Shown here: positions 47,017-57,168 of the stretch, piece by piece
Layout: each line of letters starts with the position of its first letter
How positions within the stretch are numbered: position 1 is the first letter of the stretch
Assembly: GCA_017515425.1 (NCBI GenBank)
Contig: JAFWFU010000031.1
Coordinates: 581-64,580, forward strand
Source of the DNA: Mogibacterium sp.
GTDB taxonomy: Bacteria > Bacillota > Clostridia > Peptostreptococcales > Anaerovoracaceae
Reading direction: 5' to 3'
DNA: 64,000 nt
Made by a program: the position numbers and the translations under genes
The notes under the pieces: generated by a model
What the model was told of the DNA's origin: nothing
Databases searched by the model: none
What the model saw: the letters and a program-made list of their open reading frames with translations, nothing else

Positions 47017-47421
47017 ATGGGCAGTAATCAAAACAGCATGGTACCAACTATTGCGATGTTAGCAGTTATGTTCGCAATGCTCTATTTTCTGATGATTAGA
47101 CCGCAGAAGAAGAGGGAGAAGGCTGATCAGGAGATGAGGTCGGCTCTCAAGGTCGGAGATGAAATAGTAACAATCGGCGGAGTTATCGGCAAGGTTGAGA
47201 AGATAACCGACAGAACAATCGTTATATCTACTACGGCAGCCAAGAGCAAGATAGAATTCCTAAAGACTTCTGTAGCAAGTGTAAACAAGGCTGTGCATAC
47301 AGGCGACACTCCTTCTAAAGAGAGCGCTAAGATTGACGAAGGGGAGAAAACCCCTAATAGAGATAAGAAGGTTACACCTAAGAAGCTCGGGAAAAAATCA
47401 GAAGAAGAAAAGACTGAATAG
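47017..47421 (+). CDS. yajC: Preprotein translocase subunit YajC with an extended Lys/Glu-rich C-terminal tail
   Basis: MLYFLMIRPQKKREK…LKVGDEIVTIGGVIGKV signature. Ribosome-binding site GAAGGAGG upstream of the ATG at 47017. The ORF-track start at 46846 reads through the tRNA genes. Confidence 0.88.
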   Translation: MGSNQNSMVPTIAMLAVMFAMLYFLMIRPQKKREKADQEMRSALKVGDEIVTIGGVIGKVEKITDRTIVISTTAAKSKIEFLKTSVASVNKAVHTGDTPSKESAKIDEGEKTPNRDKKVTPKKLGKKSEEEKTE

Positions 47422-47597
47422 AAACGCCCGACCCGCTGATGAGGCGGGTCTTGAATTTAATACAAAAAAAGATTCAAAGCATTGCAATAATCATTGAAAT
47501 TGCAAGGGAAAACGAGTAGAATAGGTTGGATAATTTCTTAATTGTCGTATTGTGCGATTTTTTGAAAAATTTTAATGTTTGAGAGGTAGTTATTCTA

Positions 47598-49880
47598 ATG
47601 AAAACCGGTAGAAGAAAAGTATTTGCGGTACTGATCATGTTGCTCCTGATTGCAACATGGACTGTATCATTCACAGGCGCAGGAGATAGCTTTAAAAATC
47701 TCGGCAAGCAGCTAAAGTACGGACTTGACATCAACGGAGGAGTCTATGTTCTCCTTGAGGCTGACACTCCCGAGACAGGCACAGAGCTTACTGCGATAAT
47801 GAATCAGACTAAGAGCGTGCTGGAAAACCGTGTAAACGCCATGGGTATCAGCGAGGCTCAGGTCTCCATAGAAGGAACTGACAGGATAAGAGTTGAGATG
47901 CCTGGAGTCGAGGACGCCGAGGAAGCTATCGAGCAGATAGGACGTACAGCGCAGCTCCAATTCTTCCTTGCGGACGGCACTCTCGTAATGACGGGTGACG
48001 GCGTAAAGGATTCGCAGATTGCCACTGATACAGAGCAGGGCGGATATAAGATTACGATTGATTTTACAAGCGAGGGCAGCAATCTCTTCGCTGAGGCTTC
48101 CGAAAAAGCCTATAATCGCGAGGCAACTCCGAGCATGGTAGATGAGGACGGCAATCTCGTAAGCGATCAGGCGATTGTCATCTGCCTCGATGATGAAGTT
48201 ATTACGGCTCCTTCCGTAAGCAACGGAAAGATCAATTCCATATCCTGCGAGATTACAAGACCGGGCGGATTTGCCGAAACCGAAGCTTCGCAGCTTTCCG
48301 CACTTATCAGAGGCGGTGCGCTTCCTGCAAATCTGACGGAGATCAACTCTTCGGTTCAGACTGCTACAGTCGGTGCGAATGCTCTTGCGCTGAGCGTTAA
48401 AGCTGGTGCTATCGGACTCGCTATCGTAATGCTCATAATGCTTGTTGTATACGGAGTTCTCGGCATTGTAGCCGACCTCGCACTCATGCTCTATGTACAG
48501 CTCGTGCTCTGGGTAATGGTTGGAATAGGCTCAGTTCTTACTCTGCCGGGCATTGCGGGCATCATTCTCTCCCTCGGTATGGCGGTGGACAGCAATGTAA
48601 TCATCTTTACCCGTATCAGAGAGGAAATCGGCAAGGGTAAATCCGTGAGGGTCGCAGTAGATATGGGATATAAAGCTGCGCTTTCAACGGTTATCGACGC
48701 TCAGACAACGACACTTGTCGCCGCGTTTGTGCTCTATCTCTTCGGTACGACATCTGTAAGAGGCTTCGCACTCACGCTGATGATTGGTACTGTGATAAGC
48801 GTAATTACAGCCGTATTCATCACACAGCTATTTGTAAATCTCATGGCTGACAGCAAGACCTTCGGCACGAATTCAATGTTCGGTATGAAGGAGGACGGCA
48901 CTCCTAAGCTTGCTCTTGGAAACTTCAATATCGACTTCGTCGGAAACAGAAAGAAGTTCTATGCTATAAGCCTTGCTGTAATCCTCATAGGATTTGGATT
49001 TGCAGCTGTCAAGGGATTTAACTACGGTATCGACTTTACCGGCGGTACCATGATGCAGATCGAGCTCGGAAAAGAAGCGACGATTGGAGAAGTAAAGGAA
49101 ACTATCGCTAAGTACGATCTTAATCCTACCATTGTATATGCTACGGATAACAACTCTCAGATTATTATAAGGACGATAAAGGATTTGAAATCCGCTGATA
49201 GAAGCGAGGTTATAGACACTCTCGCCGAGAAATACGGATTTGACCCCGCTAAGGACGTACTCGCTTCCGAGCAGTTCGGACCGACTGTAGGTAAGGATTT
49301 AAGAAGAAACGCTATCAAGTCCGTAATAATTGCGGCATTGGTGCTCCTTCTGTATATCAGACTGAGATTTAAGAATATCAGATACGGTGTTGCGGCTGTT
49401 GCTGGTCTCGCACATGACGTGCTCATCACGCTTTCGCTCTATGCGATTCTGAGGCTTACTATCAACAACCCATTTATCGCAGGTATCCTCACCGTAGTAG
49501 GATATTCGATAAACGATACTATCGTAATATTCGACAGAATCAGAGAGAATACAAAATTCTTCAAGCGTAAGCAGAATGTCGAGCTCATCAATACGAGTAT
49601 CAACCAGACGCTTTCGAGATCTCTTATGACCTCGCTTACCACATTTGCGGTAATGGTCCCGCTCTTCATCATGGCAAGCCAGGAGCTGAGAGGCTTCCTC
49701 ATTCCGCTTATCATAGGTGTATTTGTCGGCACATATTCATCAATCTTCCTTTGCAGCCCGATCTTCTATGAGCTGACTAAGAAGGAAGGCGTATCGAAGT
49801 ATGAGGACAATAAGGCGAAGGCTGACAAGGGCAGAAAGAAGGCGGCAAAGAGAAGGGACGACGAAGGAATCAGACTTTAG
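47598..49880 (+). CDS. secDF: Protein translocase subunit SecDF (fused SecD-SecF)
   Basis: LGLDINGG, the periplasmic P1 domain, two 6-TM modules (GIAGIILSLGMAVDSNVIIFTRIREE and VGYSINDTIVIFDRIREN). Confidence 0.92.
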   Translation: MKTGRRKVFAVLIMLLLIATWTVSFTGAGDSFKNLGKQLKYGLDINGGVYVLLEADTPETGTELTAIMNQTKSVLENRVNAMGISEAQVSIEGTDRIRVEMPGVEDAEEAIEQIGRTAQLQFFLADGTLVMTGDGVKDSQIATDTEQGGYKITIDFTSEGSNLFAEASEKAYNREATPSMVDEDGNLVSDQAIVICLDDEVITAPSVSNGKINSISCEITRPGGFAETEASQLSALIRGGALPANLTEINSSVQTATVGANALALSVKAGAIGLAIVMLIMLVVYGVLGIVADLALMLYVQLVLWVMVGIGSVLTLPGIAGIILSLGMAVDSNVIIFTRIREEIGKGKSVRVAVDMGYKAALSTVIDAQTTTLVAAFVLYLFGTTSVRGFALTLMIGTVISVITAVFITQLFVNLMADSKTFGTNSMFGMKEDGTPKLALGNFNIDFVGNRKKFYAISLAVILIGFGFAAVKGFNYGIDFTGGTMMQIELGKEATIGEVKETIAKYDLNPTIVYATDNNSQIIIRTIKDLKSADRSEVIDTLAEKYGFDPAKDVLASEQFGPTVGKDLRRNAIKSVIIAALVLLLYIRLRFKNIRYGVAAVAGLAHDVLITLSLYAILRLTINNPFIAGILTVVGYSINDTIVIFDRIRENTKFFKRKQNVELINTSINQTLSRSLMTSLTTFAVMVPLFIMASQELRGFLIPLIIGVFVGTYSSIFLCSPIFYELTKKEGVSKYEDNKAKADKGRKKAAKRRDDEGIRL

Positions 49881-49925
49881 ATTCAGATAGAAAATATATT
49901 GAAATACTGATTTACGGGAACTGAG

Positions 49926-52136
49926 ATGGCAGAAAAGAAGGCGGTGGATCTTTCTACAGAAAAATTTAGAAGGGAAATGAGCGAGATAAATCCCAAATAT
50001 GATGACTCGGTCATCATAAGGGCTTATGAAATCGCTCGTTCTCTCCATGAGAATCAATTCAGAAAGAGTGGAGAGCCTTACATAATTCACCCTGTCGCAG
50101 TCGCCAAGATATTGGCTAATTTCGGCATGGATAACGAGACTGTCATCGCGGGACTTCTTCACGACGCCGTAGAGGATACGAATTATACAAAAGAGCAGCT
50201 TGTAGAAGATTTTGACGAGAAGATAGCGGCTCTCGTGGACGGCGTTACCAAGCTGGGAAATATTTCCTATGACTCTACGGAAGCGGTGCAGGCTGAGAAT
50301 TTCAGAAAGATGTTCCTCGCCATGTCGAAGGATATAAGGGTTCTCATCATCAAGCTTGCGGACAGGCTCCATAATATGAGGACTCTCGAATATATGTCTC
50401 AGGAGAAGAGAATATCGAAGTCCATGGAGACCCTCGAGATATATGCACCTTTGGCGGGCAGGCTTGGAATATTCAGCATTAAGTTTGAACTTGAGGATAT
50501 AGCACTGAAATTCCTCCACCCTTCGGAATATAAAAACCTCGAGGCTTCCGTAAAGAAGAAAAAGGCGGAGTATGAGAAGAACCTCGACGCCCTTATTTCG
50601 GAAATATCTGCGGAGCTCGACGAAGCGAAGATAAGGCATGATGTAAAGGGAAGATCCAAGCATATTTACAGCATCTATCGCAAAATGGTGATTCAGAATA
50701 AGCAGATAGATGAGATTTTCGACCTTTTGGCCGTCAGAATCCTCGTGGGAAGCGTAAAGGACTGCTATGAGGCTCTCGGGCTCGTGCATACGAGATGGAC
50801 GCCTATTCCGGGCAGATTTAAAGACTATATAGCCATGCCCAAGCCGAATATGTATCAGTCGATACATACGACGGTGATAGGCGATAATGGGGATCCTTTC
50901 GAGATTCAGATAAGAACCTATGAGATGCATAGAATTGCTGAATACGGAATTGCAGCTCATTGGAAATACAAAGAGGGGAAGATGTCCGGCAGCGAGGAGG
51001 CGAACGAACAGAAACTCGCTTGGCTGAGGCAGGCTTTGGAGTGGCAGAAAGAATCCGACGACTCGGTGGAATTCTTGCAGACTCTAAAGGTCGATTTGTT
51101 TGAATATCAGGTATTTGTATTCACGCCTGCCGGTGATGTAATGGAGCTTCCCGCGGAAAGCACTCCGCTCGACTTCGCATTCAAGATACATACGGACGTC
51201 GGAATCAGATGTGTTGGCGCCAAGGTGAACGGCAAGATGGTCACCATAGACCATCCGCTGCAAAACGGGGATATAGTCGAGATTATCACATCTTCCAATT
51301 CATCAGGTCCGAGCATTGATTGGCTGAAGCTCTGCAAGACTTCGCAGGCAAAGGCGAAGATCCGTAATTGGCTAAGAAAAGCCAATAAAGATACGGATAT
51401 ACATAAGGGCAAGACCAATATCAACAGCTATATCAAGAAAAAGGGATATGATCCCTCCCTTGTGACGAAAAACGCCTATATATTAAAAGCAGTAAAGGAC
51501 TTCAACTGCTCTAATGTAAACGAGCTCTTTCTCCAAATATCGAGAGGCGGGAGCACTGTCTCAAGACTCGGGCAGAAGCTGATCGAATACTATGAGGCTG
51601 ACAATGCCGACAAGGATAAAGCCAAGGAGCAGGCGCTTATCGAAGCCGCGAAAAAGCCTCAGATAAACAGAGGCTCGGAAGGCTCTGACTCAGGCATAGT
51701 CGTAAAGGGCTCTGACAATCTTCTGATAAGAAGGGCGACCTGCTGCAATCCCGTTCCGGGAGACCCCATTATCGGATATGTCTCCAAAGGAAAGGGGATT
51801 ACGGTTCATAGGGTGGACTGCTCCAACCTCAGAAATCTGAGCGACGAGGATAAGGGCAGGCTAATTGGTGTCGAATGGGATACTCCGAGCGATTCGCTCA
51901 AATACTATGTGGATATTCAGGTCGTCTCAGAGGAAAGAAAGGGTATGTTTAAAGATATATCCAAGGTCTGCGACGACTATGATATAGAGGTGGTCGGACT
52001 CAATCTTACCGAGGGCGAGCCGGGCACTACTAATACGCTCCTAAAGGTTGAAATCACTGATATGCACCAGATTCAAAGGCTGCTTATCGGGCTCAGGCAG
52101 GTGGACGGCGTCATAAAGGTATTCCGCCCGAGATAG
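49926..52136 (+). CDS. relA: Bifunctional (p)ppGpp synthetase/hydrolase (RelA/SpoT homologue)
   Basis: HD hydrolase domain (HPVAVAKILA…LLHDAVEDT), synthetase domain (RSKHIYSIYRKM, YQSIHTTV), plus TGS and ACT domains. Confidence 0.95.
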   Translation: MAEKKAVDLSTEKFRREMSEINPKYDDSVIIRAYEIARSLHENQFRKSGEPYIIHPVAVAKILANFGMDNETVIAGLLHDAVEDTNYTKEQLVEDFDEKIAALVDGVTKLGNISYDSTEAVQAENFRKMFLAMSKDIRVLIIKLADRLHNMRTLEYMSQEKRISKSMETLEIYAPLAGRLGIFSIKFELEDIALKFLHPSEYKNLEASVKKKKAEYEKNLDALISEISAELDEAKIRHDVKGRSKHIYSIYRKMVIQNKQIDEIFDLLAVRILVGSVKDCYEALGLVHTRWTPIPGRFKDYIAMPKPNMYQSIHTTVIGDNGDPFEIQIRTYEMHRIAEYGIAAHWKYKEGKMSGSEEANEQKLAWLRQALEWQKESDDSVEFLQTLKVDLFEYQVFVFTPAGDVMELPAESTPLDFAFKIHTDVGIRCVGAKVNGKMVTIDHPLQNGDIVEIITSSNSSGPSIDWLKLCKTSQAKAKIRNWLRKANKDTDIHKGKTNINSYIKKKGYDPSLVTKNAYILKAVKDFNCSNVNELFLQISRGGSTVSRLGQKLIEYYEADNADKDKAKEQALIEAAKKPQINRGSEGSDSGIVVKGSDNLLIRRATCCNPVPGDPIIGYVSKGKGITVHRVDCSNLRNLSDEDKGRLIGVEWDTPSDSLKYYVDIQVVSEERKGMFKDISKVCDDYDIEVVGLNLTEGEPGTTNTLLKVEITDMHQIQRLLIGLRQVDGVIKVFRPR

Positions 52137-52140
52137 TATA

Positions 52141-52200
52141 GATAGTTTAAGATATTTTAGGATAGTTCAAAATATTTCAGTACAGTTCAGGAAGTTTACG
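52141..52200. repeat. Three tandem 20-bp repeats between relA and the MBL hydrolase gene
   Basis: GATAGTTTAAGATATTTTAG, then GATAGTTCAAAATATTTCAG (17 of 20 identical), then TACAGTTCAGGAAGTTTACG (12 of 20 identical to copy 2). The period is exactly 20 bp. Confidence 0.7.
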
Positions 52201-52221
52201 ATAAATTTTAGAGGTTGACTA

Positions 52222-52803
52222 ATGGGAATCAGCATAAAAATCTATCCCTATGGGATGTATGGCGAGAATACATATCTCATAACAGATGAGAAGACGGGGC
52301 TAAAGGCGATTGTCGATCCGGGATATTATTCCGAGAAGGTGAGATGCGATATAGGAAATTCCCAAAGCCTTAAATATCTGCTCCTGACTCATGGACATCA
52401 CGACCATTTTAATGCTGTTTCGGACTATTTGAACGAATATAAAGATGTGGTATTTGCCGCTCCTTCGGGAGATAAAGCCATTATGAAATCATGTCCTGAG
52501 GCGCATATCTGGCTAAAGGACGGGGACGAGATTGCTCTCGGAGAGACCACTCTCAAAGTTATAGCAACGCCGGGACATACGGCAGGCGGTATTTGTTTTT
52601 CCACGGATAGCGAGATATTCACGGGAGATACTCTCTTCAAAATGTCCGTAGGACGCACGGATCTTGAGAGCGGAGATTGGGATACACTCGTAAAATCCAT
52701 AAAGGAAAGGCTCTATGTCCTTGATGACGATATGGAAGTATATTCCGGTCACGGCGTTAAAACGACGATAGGCTTCGAAAAGAGGGCAAATCCTTTTGTA
52801 TAG
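52222..52803 (+). CDS. MBL-fold metallo-hydrolase (glyoxalase II-like)
   Basis: LLTHGHHDHF motif, ATPGHTAG and a terminal GH motif. Confidence 0.88.
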   Translation: MGISIKIYPYGMYGENTYLITDEKTGLKAIVDPGYYSEKVRCDIGNSQSLKYLLLTHGHHDHFNAVSDYLNEYKDVVFAAPSGDKAIMKSCPEAHIWLKDGDEIALGETTLKVIATPGHTAGGICFSTDSEIFTGDTLFKMSVGRTDLESGDWDTLVKSIKERLYVLDDDMEVYSGHGVKTTIGFEKRANPFV

Positions 52804-54175
52804 ATTTTATACGAGCGACGCCGAAAACAAATATCATTATGACGAGCTTTGCAGGGTATTTTTGACGGACGATTGTTTTGAAATTATAGCCCTCGATATG
52901 CTCCCCAAGCAGAGCCTACTCGGGGATAAGAGCTTCGTCCTCGGAGACTACGAGGGGGCTGAGAGGGACGTCATAAAGCGTGAGCTCTATGAGAAGCTGT
53001 CCGAGCTGACGGGACTCAGACCTGAATGGGGAACGCTTACAGGAGTTAGACCCCTAAAGCCTGCATTGGAGATATTGGACGAAAGAGAAAGCTTAGATGA
53101 GATGAGAGAGGAGCTCAGAGATAGGTATCTTCTTTCAGATTCAAAGCTGAGCCTTCTTTCAGATATTGCCGCATATCAGAGGAGATATGTCAGCGGAAAC
53201 CCCTCTGATAAGATTTCGGTGTATGCGGGCATTCCATTTTGCCCGACGCGCTGTGAATACTGCTCCTTCGCCTCTAATGTGGCAGGCGAAGCTGAAATAG
53301 AGAAATATCTCTCAAATTTATTTAGGGAAATCACCTATAGCGGCAGCCTTTACAAGAGAGAGCCTAAAGAGATTGAGAGCATATATATTGGCGGCGGAAC
53401 TCCTACGACTCTGAATGCGGAGCAGCTAAGAAGTCTCATCAATGAGATCTCAGCAGCCTTTGGTGTTAATCCCTCGGAGATTGAGTTCACCGTGGAAGCG
53501 GGTAGACCCGATACAATTACGGAAGAAAAGCTTGTCGCTCTTAAGAGCTTAGGCATTGGGAGAATTAGTATCAATCCCCAGAGCATGAAGGACGAGACCC
53601 TGAGGCTTATCGGAAGAAGCCATAGCTCTCAGGATATAAGGGATGCCTTCGATATCGCTAAAAAGATAGGCTTTGATGTAATAAATGCGGATCTCATAGC
53701 AGGGCTTCCTGATGAAGCTCCAGAGGATTTCATGAATTCACTTGATGAGATGATAAGCCTCGGAGCAGAGAATATCACCGTTCATACGCTTTCCGTCAAG
53801 AGGGGATCTAAGCTTCACGAGAGCGACCCTGAATATTATAGGAGAGATATTGAAAGAGTTTCAGAAATGCTCGATTATTCAAGGGCTAAGCTGAAAGCCT
53901 TCGGCTTTTATCCCTATTATACCTACAGGCAGAAACATCAGATGGGCGCCTTTGAAAATATCGGATACTGTCATGAGAACAAACATTCAATCTATAATAT
54001 CCGAATCATGGAGGATAAGCAGAGTATTCTCGCCCTCGGAGCAGGCGGCGTGGGCAAGATTTACTATCCGAATGAGGATAGGATAGAGAGAGTGGCAAAC
54101 GTCAGCAATTATGAGATATACAGCGAGAGATTTGATGAAATGCTCGCGAGAAAGGATAGATATTTCGGAGGATAA
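52796..54175 (+). CDS. hemZ: Radical SAM coproporphyrinogen dehydrogenase-like protein (HemZ/HemN family), TTG start
   Basis: CPTRCEYCSF cluster, IYIGGGTPT and a HemN-like C-terminal region. It precedes hisS, a position typical for HemZ. Confidence 0.8.
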   Translation: MYRFYTSDAENKYHYDELCRVFLTDDCFEIIALDMLPKQSLLGDKSFVLGDYEGAERDVIKRELYEKLSELTGLRPEWGTLTGVRPLKPALEILDERESLDEMREELRDRYLLSDSKLSLLSDIAAYQRRYVSGNPSDKISVYAGIPFCPTRCEYCSFASNVAGEAEIEKYLSNLFREITYSGSLYKREPKEIESIYIGGGTPTTLNAEQLRSLINEISAAFGVNPSEIEFTVEAGRPDTITEEKLVALKSLGIGRISINPQSMKDETLRLIGRSHSSQDIRDAFDIAKKIGFDVINADLIAGLPDEAPEDFMNSLDEMISLGAENITVHTLSVKRGSKLHESDPEYYRRDIERVSEMLDYSRAKLKAFGFYPYYTYRQKHQMGAFENIGYCHENKHSIYNIRIMEDKQSILALGAGGVGKIYYPNEDRIERVANVSNYEIYSERFDEMLARKDRYFGG

Positions 54176-54176
54176 G

Positions 54177-55424
54177 ATGGCTATAACTGCGCCAAAAGGA
54201 ACTAAGGATATGCTCCCTCAGGATGCATATAAATGGCATTATATAGAGGAAGCCTGGAGAAAGATATGCAGAGAATACGGTTTTAAGGAGATAAGGACTC
54301 CTATGTTTGAGTCTACGGAGCTTTTCAATCGCGGCATAGGAGATACCACCGACGTTGTGCAGAAGGAAATGTATACCTTTGACGACCTTGGAAACCGCAG
54401 CATTACGCTGAAACCCGAAGGTACATCTCCTACAGTAAGAGCTTTTATAGAGAGCAATCTCTATGCGGAAATGCAGCCCACAAAGCTCTACTATGATATT
54501 CCATGTTTTAGATATGAAAAGCCTCAGGCGGGAAGGTTGAGAGAATTTCACCAACTCGGGATTGAGAATTTCGGTACATCATCAATGATGGCTGATGCGG
54601 AGATAATCTCTCTCGGCTATGATTTTCTTCAAAGAATGGGGATAAGCGATATTGAGCTTCATATCTCAAGCGTGGGTTGCAGGGAATGCAGACCAAAACA
54701 CAGGAAGGCTTTACAGGATTTTCTCAGACCGAAATATGACGAGCTCTGCGAGACCTGCAAGTCGAGATATGAAAAAAATCCCATGAGAATTCTCGACTGC
54801 AAATCCGACAAGGATAAGGAGCTTGTCAAGGGCGCACCCATGATGATCGACTTTCTATGCGAGGATTGCAAGAATGACTTTGAGGAGCTGAAATCCCACC
54901 TCGACTCAATGGGAATTAAATATATCGTCGACCCTTCAATAGTCAGAGGTCTCGACTATTATACCAAGACGGCATTTGAATTCATCACGACGAAGATCGG
55001 TACTCAAGGCACGGTATGCGGCGGCGGCAGATACGATCACCTCATAGAAGAAGTCGGAGGTCCCGATATGCCGGGAGTGGGCTTTGGTCTCGGAAAAGAA
55101 AGGCTTATCATGCTGATGGTAGAGTCGGGACATGATTTCGGAAACGAAGTTAAACCGCAGCTCTTTGTTGCATGGATAGGAGACGAGGCGAGAGAATATG
55201 CTATTTCTCTAGTCAGCGATTTGCGAAAAAAAGGCATAGTCTCTGAAATCGACACGAGGGAGCGCAATCTCAAAGGTCAGATGAAATATGCCAATAAGCT
55301 CGGCGCTTCATTTACCGCTGTAATCGGTGACGATGAGGTGAAGAGCGGCGAAATCACTCTTAAAAATATGGAATCAGGCGAACAGATGAAGGTTAAAAAG
55401 GAGGAACTAGCGAATGCAGTTTAG
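54177..55424 (+). CDS. hisS: Histidine--tRNA ligase
   Basis: MAITAPKGTKDMLP start, FRYEKPQAGRLREFHQ (motif 2) and GGGRYD (motif 3). The ORF-track start at 54111 lies inside hemZ. Confidence 0.95.
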   Translation: MAITAPKGTKDMLPQDAYKWHYIEEAWRKICREYGFKEIRTPMFESTELFNRGIGDTTDVVQKEMYTFDDLGNRSITLKPEGTSPTVRAFIESNLYAEMQPTKLYYDIPCFRYEKPQAGRLREFHQLGIENFGTSSMMADAEIISLGYDFLQRMGISDIELHISSVGCRECRPKHRKALQDFLRPKYDELCETCKSRYEKNPMRILDCKSDKDKELVKGAPMMIDFLCEDCKNDFEELKSHLDSMGIKYIVDPSIVRGLDYYTKTAFEFITTKIGTQGTVCGGGRYDHLIEEVGGPDMPGVGFGLGKERLIMLMVESGHDFGNEVKPQLFVAWIGDEAREYAISLVSDLRKKGIVSEIDTRERNLKGQMKYANKLGASFTAVIGDDEVKSGEITLKNMESGEQMKVKKEELANAV

Positions 55425-57166
55425 AAGAACTCATATGTGCGGAGATCTGAGAATCTCTGATGTGGATAAAGAAGTAGTCCTAAACGGCTGGGTTGCAAAG
55501 GCAAGAAGCCTCGGAAGCCTCGTATTTCTTGATTTAAGGGATAGAACAGGAATAACTCAGATCACTTTTAACGAGGATGTGGCTTCCGATATTTTGGACA
55601 AAGCCAAGTCGCTCAGAAGCGAATACTGCATTGGCGTAAAGGGTTGTAAAGGAGAGGAGCTCCAAGAATGCCAATCTTCCTACAGGAGATATTGAGGTCT
55701 TTGCCGACAATCTGACGATTTATTCCGCCTCCGAGACCCCGCCAATCTATATTAAAGATGATGACAATGTAGACGAGGCTCTCAGGCTCAAATACAGATA
55801 CCTCGATCTCAGAAAGCCTAAAATGCAGGACAATCTGAGCATAAGACATAAAATTGTCAAGACGACGAGGGATTATTTCGACGAAAACGGCTTTATAGAG
55901 GTGGAAACTCCTATTCTGATAAAGCCTACACCGGAAGGTGCGCGCGACTATATCGTTCCGAGCAGGGTGCATAAGGGTGAATTCTACGCTCTTCCTCAGT
56001 CGCCTCAGATGTTCAAGCAGATTCTTATGGTATCGGGAAGCGACAGATATATGCAGATTGCAAAATGCTTCCGCGACGAAGATTTAAGGGCGGATAGGCA
56101 GCCTGAGTTTACGCAGATAGATCTTGAGATGTCCTTTGCCGGAGTTGATGATGTTATCGAAGTTCAGGAAGGCTTCATTAAAAGGATAATGAAGGATATA
56201 AAGGGCGTTGATATTGAAACTCCGCTTCCGAGGCTCTCCTATGATGAGGCTATGGAAAGATATGGCTCGGATAAGCCTGATACGAGATTTGATATTGAGC
56301 TCATAAAGCTGAATGACTTCTTTAGCGGCTGCGATTTCGAGGTATTTGCAAATACGCTGAGAGAGGGCGGGGATATTCGCGGAATATGCGTTCCAGGCGG
56401 TGCTGCCGAGTTTTCAAGGAAGAAGATAGATAAGATTACCGAAGAGGTCAAACACTATGGAGCAAAGGGACTTATATATATTAAATATGACGAAAACGGT
56501 ATTTCATCTTCAATAGGTAAGTTCTTCAGCGAGGAAGAGTTGCTGGCTCTTATCGAAAAATGCGAAGGCAAGAAGGACGATATTATATTTATCGTCAGCG
56601 GAACATCAAAGGTCACCTATGATTCCCTTGGATTTTTGAGAAGAAGAGTCGCGGGCGAGCTCGGACTCCTAGACGATAATAAATACAATTTCCTTTGGGT
56701 TGTTGACTTTCCAATGTTCGAAGAGGACGAGGACGGCAGGCTCAAAGCCATGCATCACCCATTTACACAGCCTAAGCTGGACGAGCTTGACAAGCTGGAC
56801 AATGATATTCTCGGGCTTAAAGCCAATGCCTATGATATTGTTCTTAACGGAGTGGAGCTCGGCGGTGGATCCGTCAGAATTCACGACCAGGAGCTGCAAA
56901 AGAGAATGTTCAGAGTCCTTGGGCTGACGGACGAGGAATGCCAGGAGAAGTTCGGCTTCCTTATCGAAGCCTTCAAATACGGTGCGCCGCCACATGCCGG
57001 TCTTGCCTACGGCTTAGACAGGCTGGTAATGCTCCTCATAGGCGAAAAGAGCATTAGAGAGGTTATCGCATTTCCTAAGAATGCGGCTGCGGAATGTCCT
57101 CTCTGCGAGGCACCTGCACCCGCTGACGAAGAAGCCCTTGATGAGCTCGGAATCGCCGTAAAATAA
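55414..57166 (+). pseudogene. aspS: Aspartate--tRNA ligase interrupted by a 1-nt frameshift near codon 76
   Basis: The N-terminal OB-fold ORF (55414-55695) ends prematurely. Homology (VVKERSSKNANLPTGDIEVFAD…) continues in the +1 frame from 55643 and joins the ORF at 55823-57166, which carries class II motifs FRDEDLRADRQPEF and GLDRLVMLL. Confidence 0.85.
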
Positions 57167-57168
57167 TT

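Noticed and set aside
49740-50960. 406-aa minus-strand ORF antisense to the secDF end and the relA start
   Set aside because: It overlaps two well-supported plus-strand genes. It shows no domain signature and has low-complexity, Leu/Arg/Ser-rich composition. I consider it spurious.
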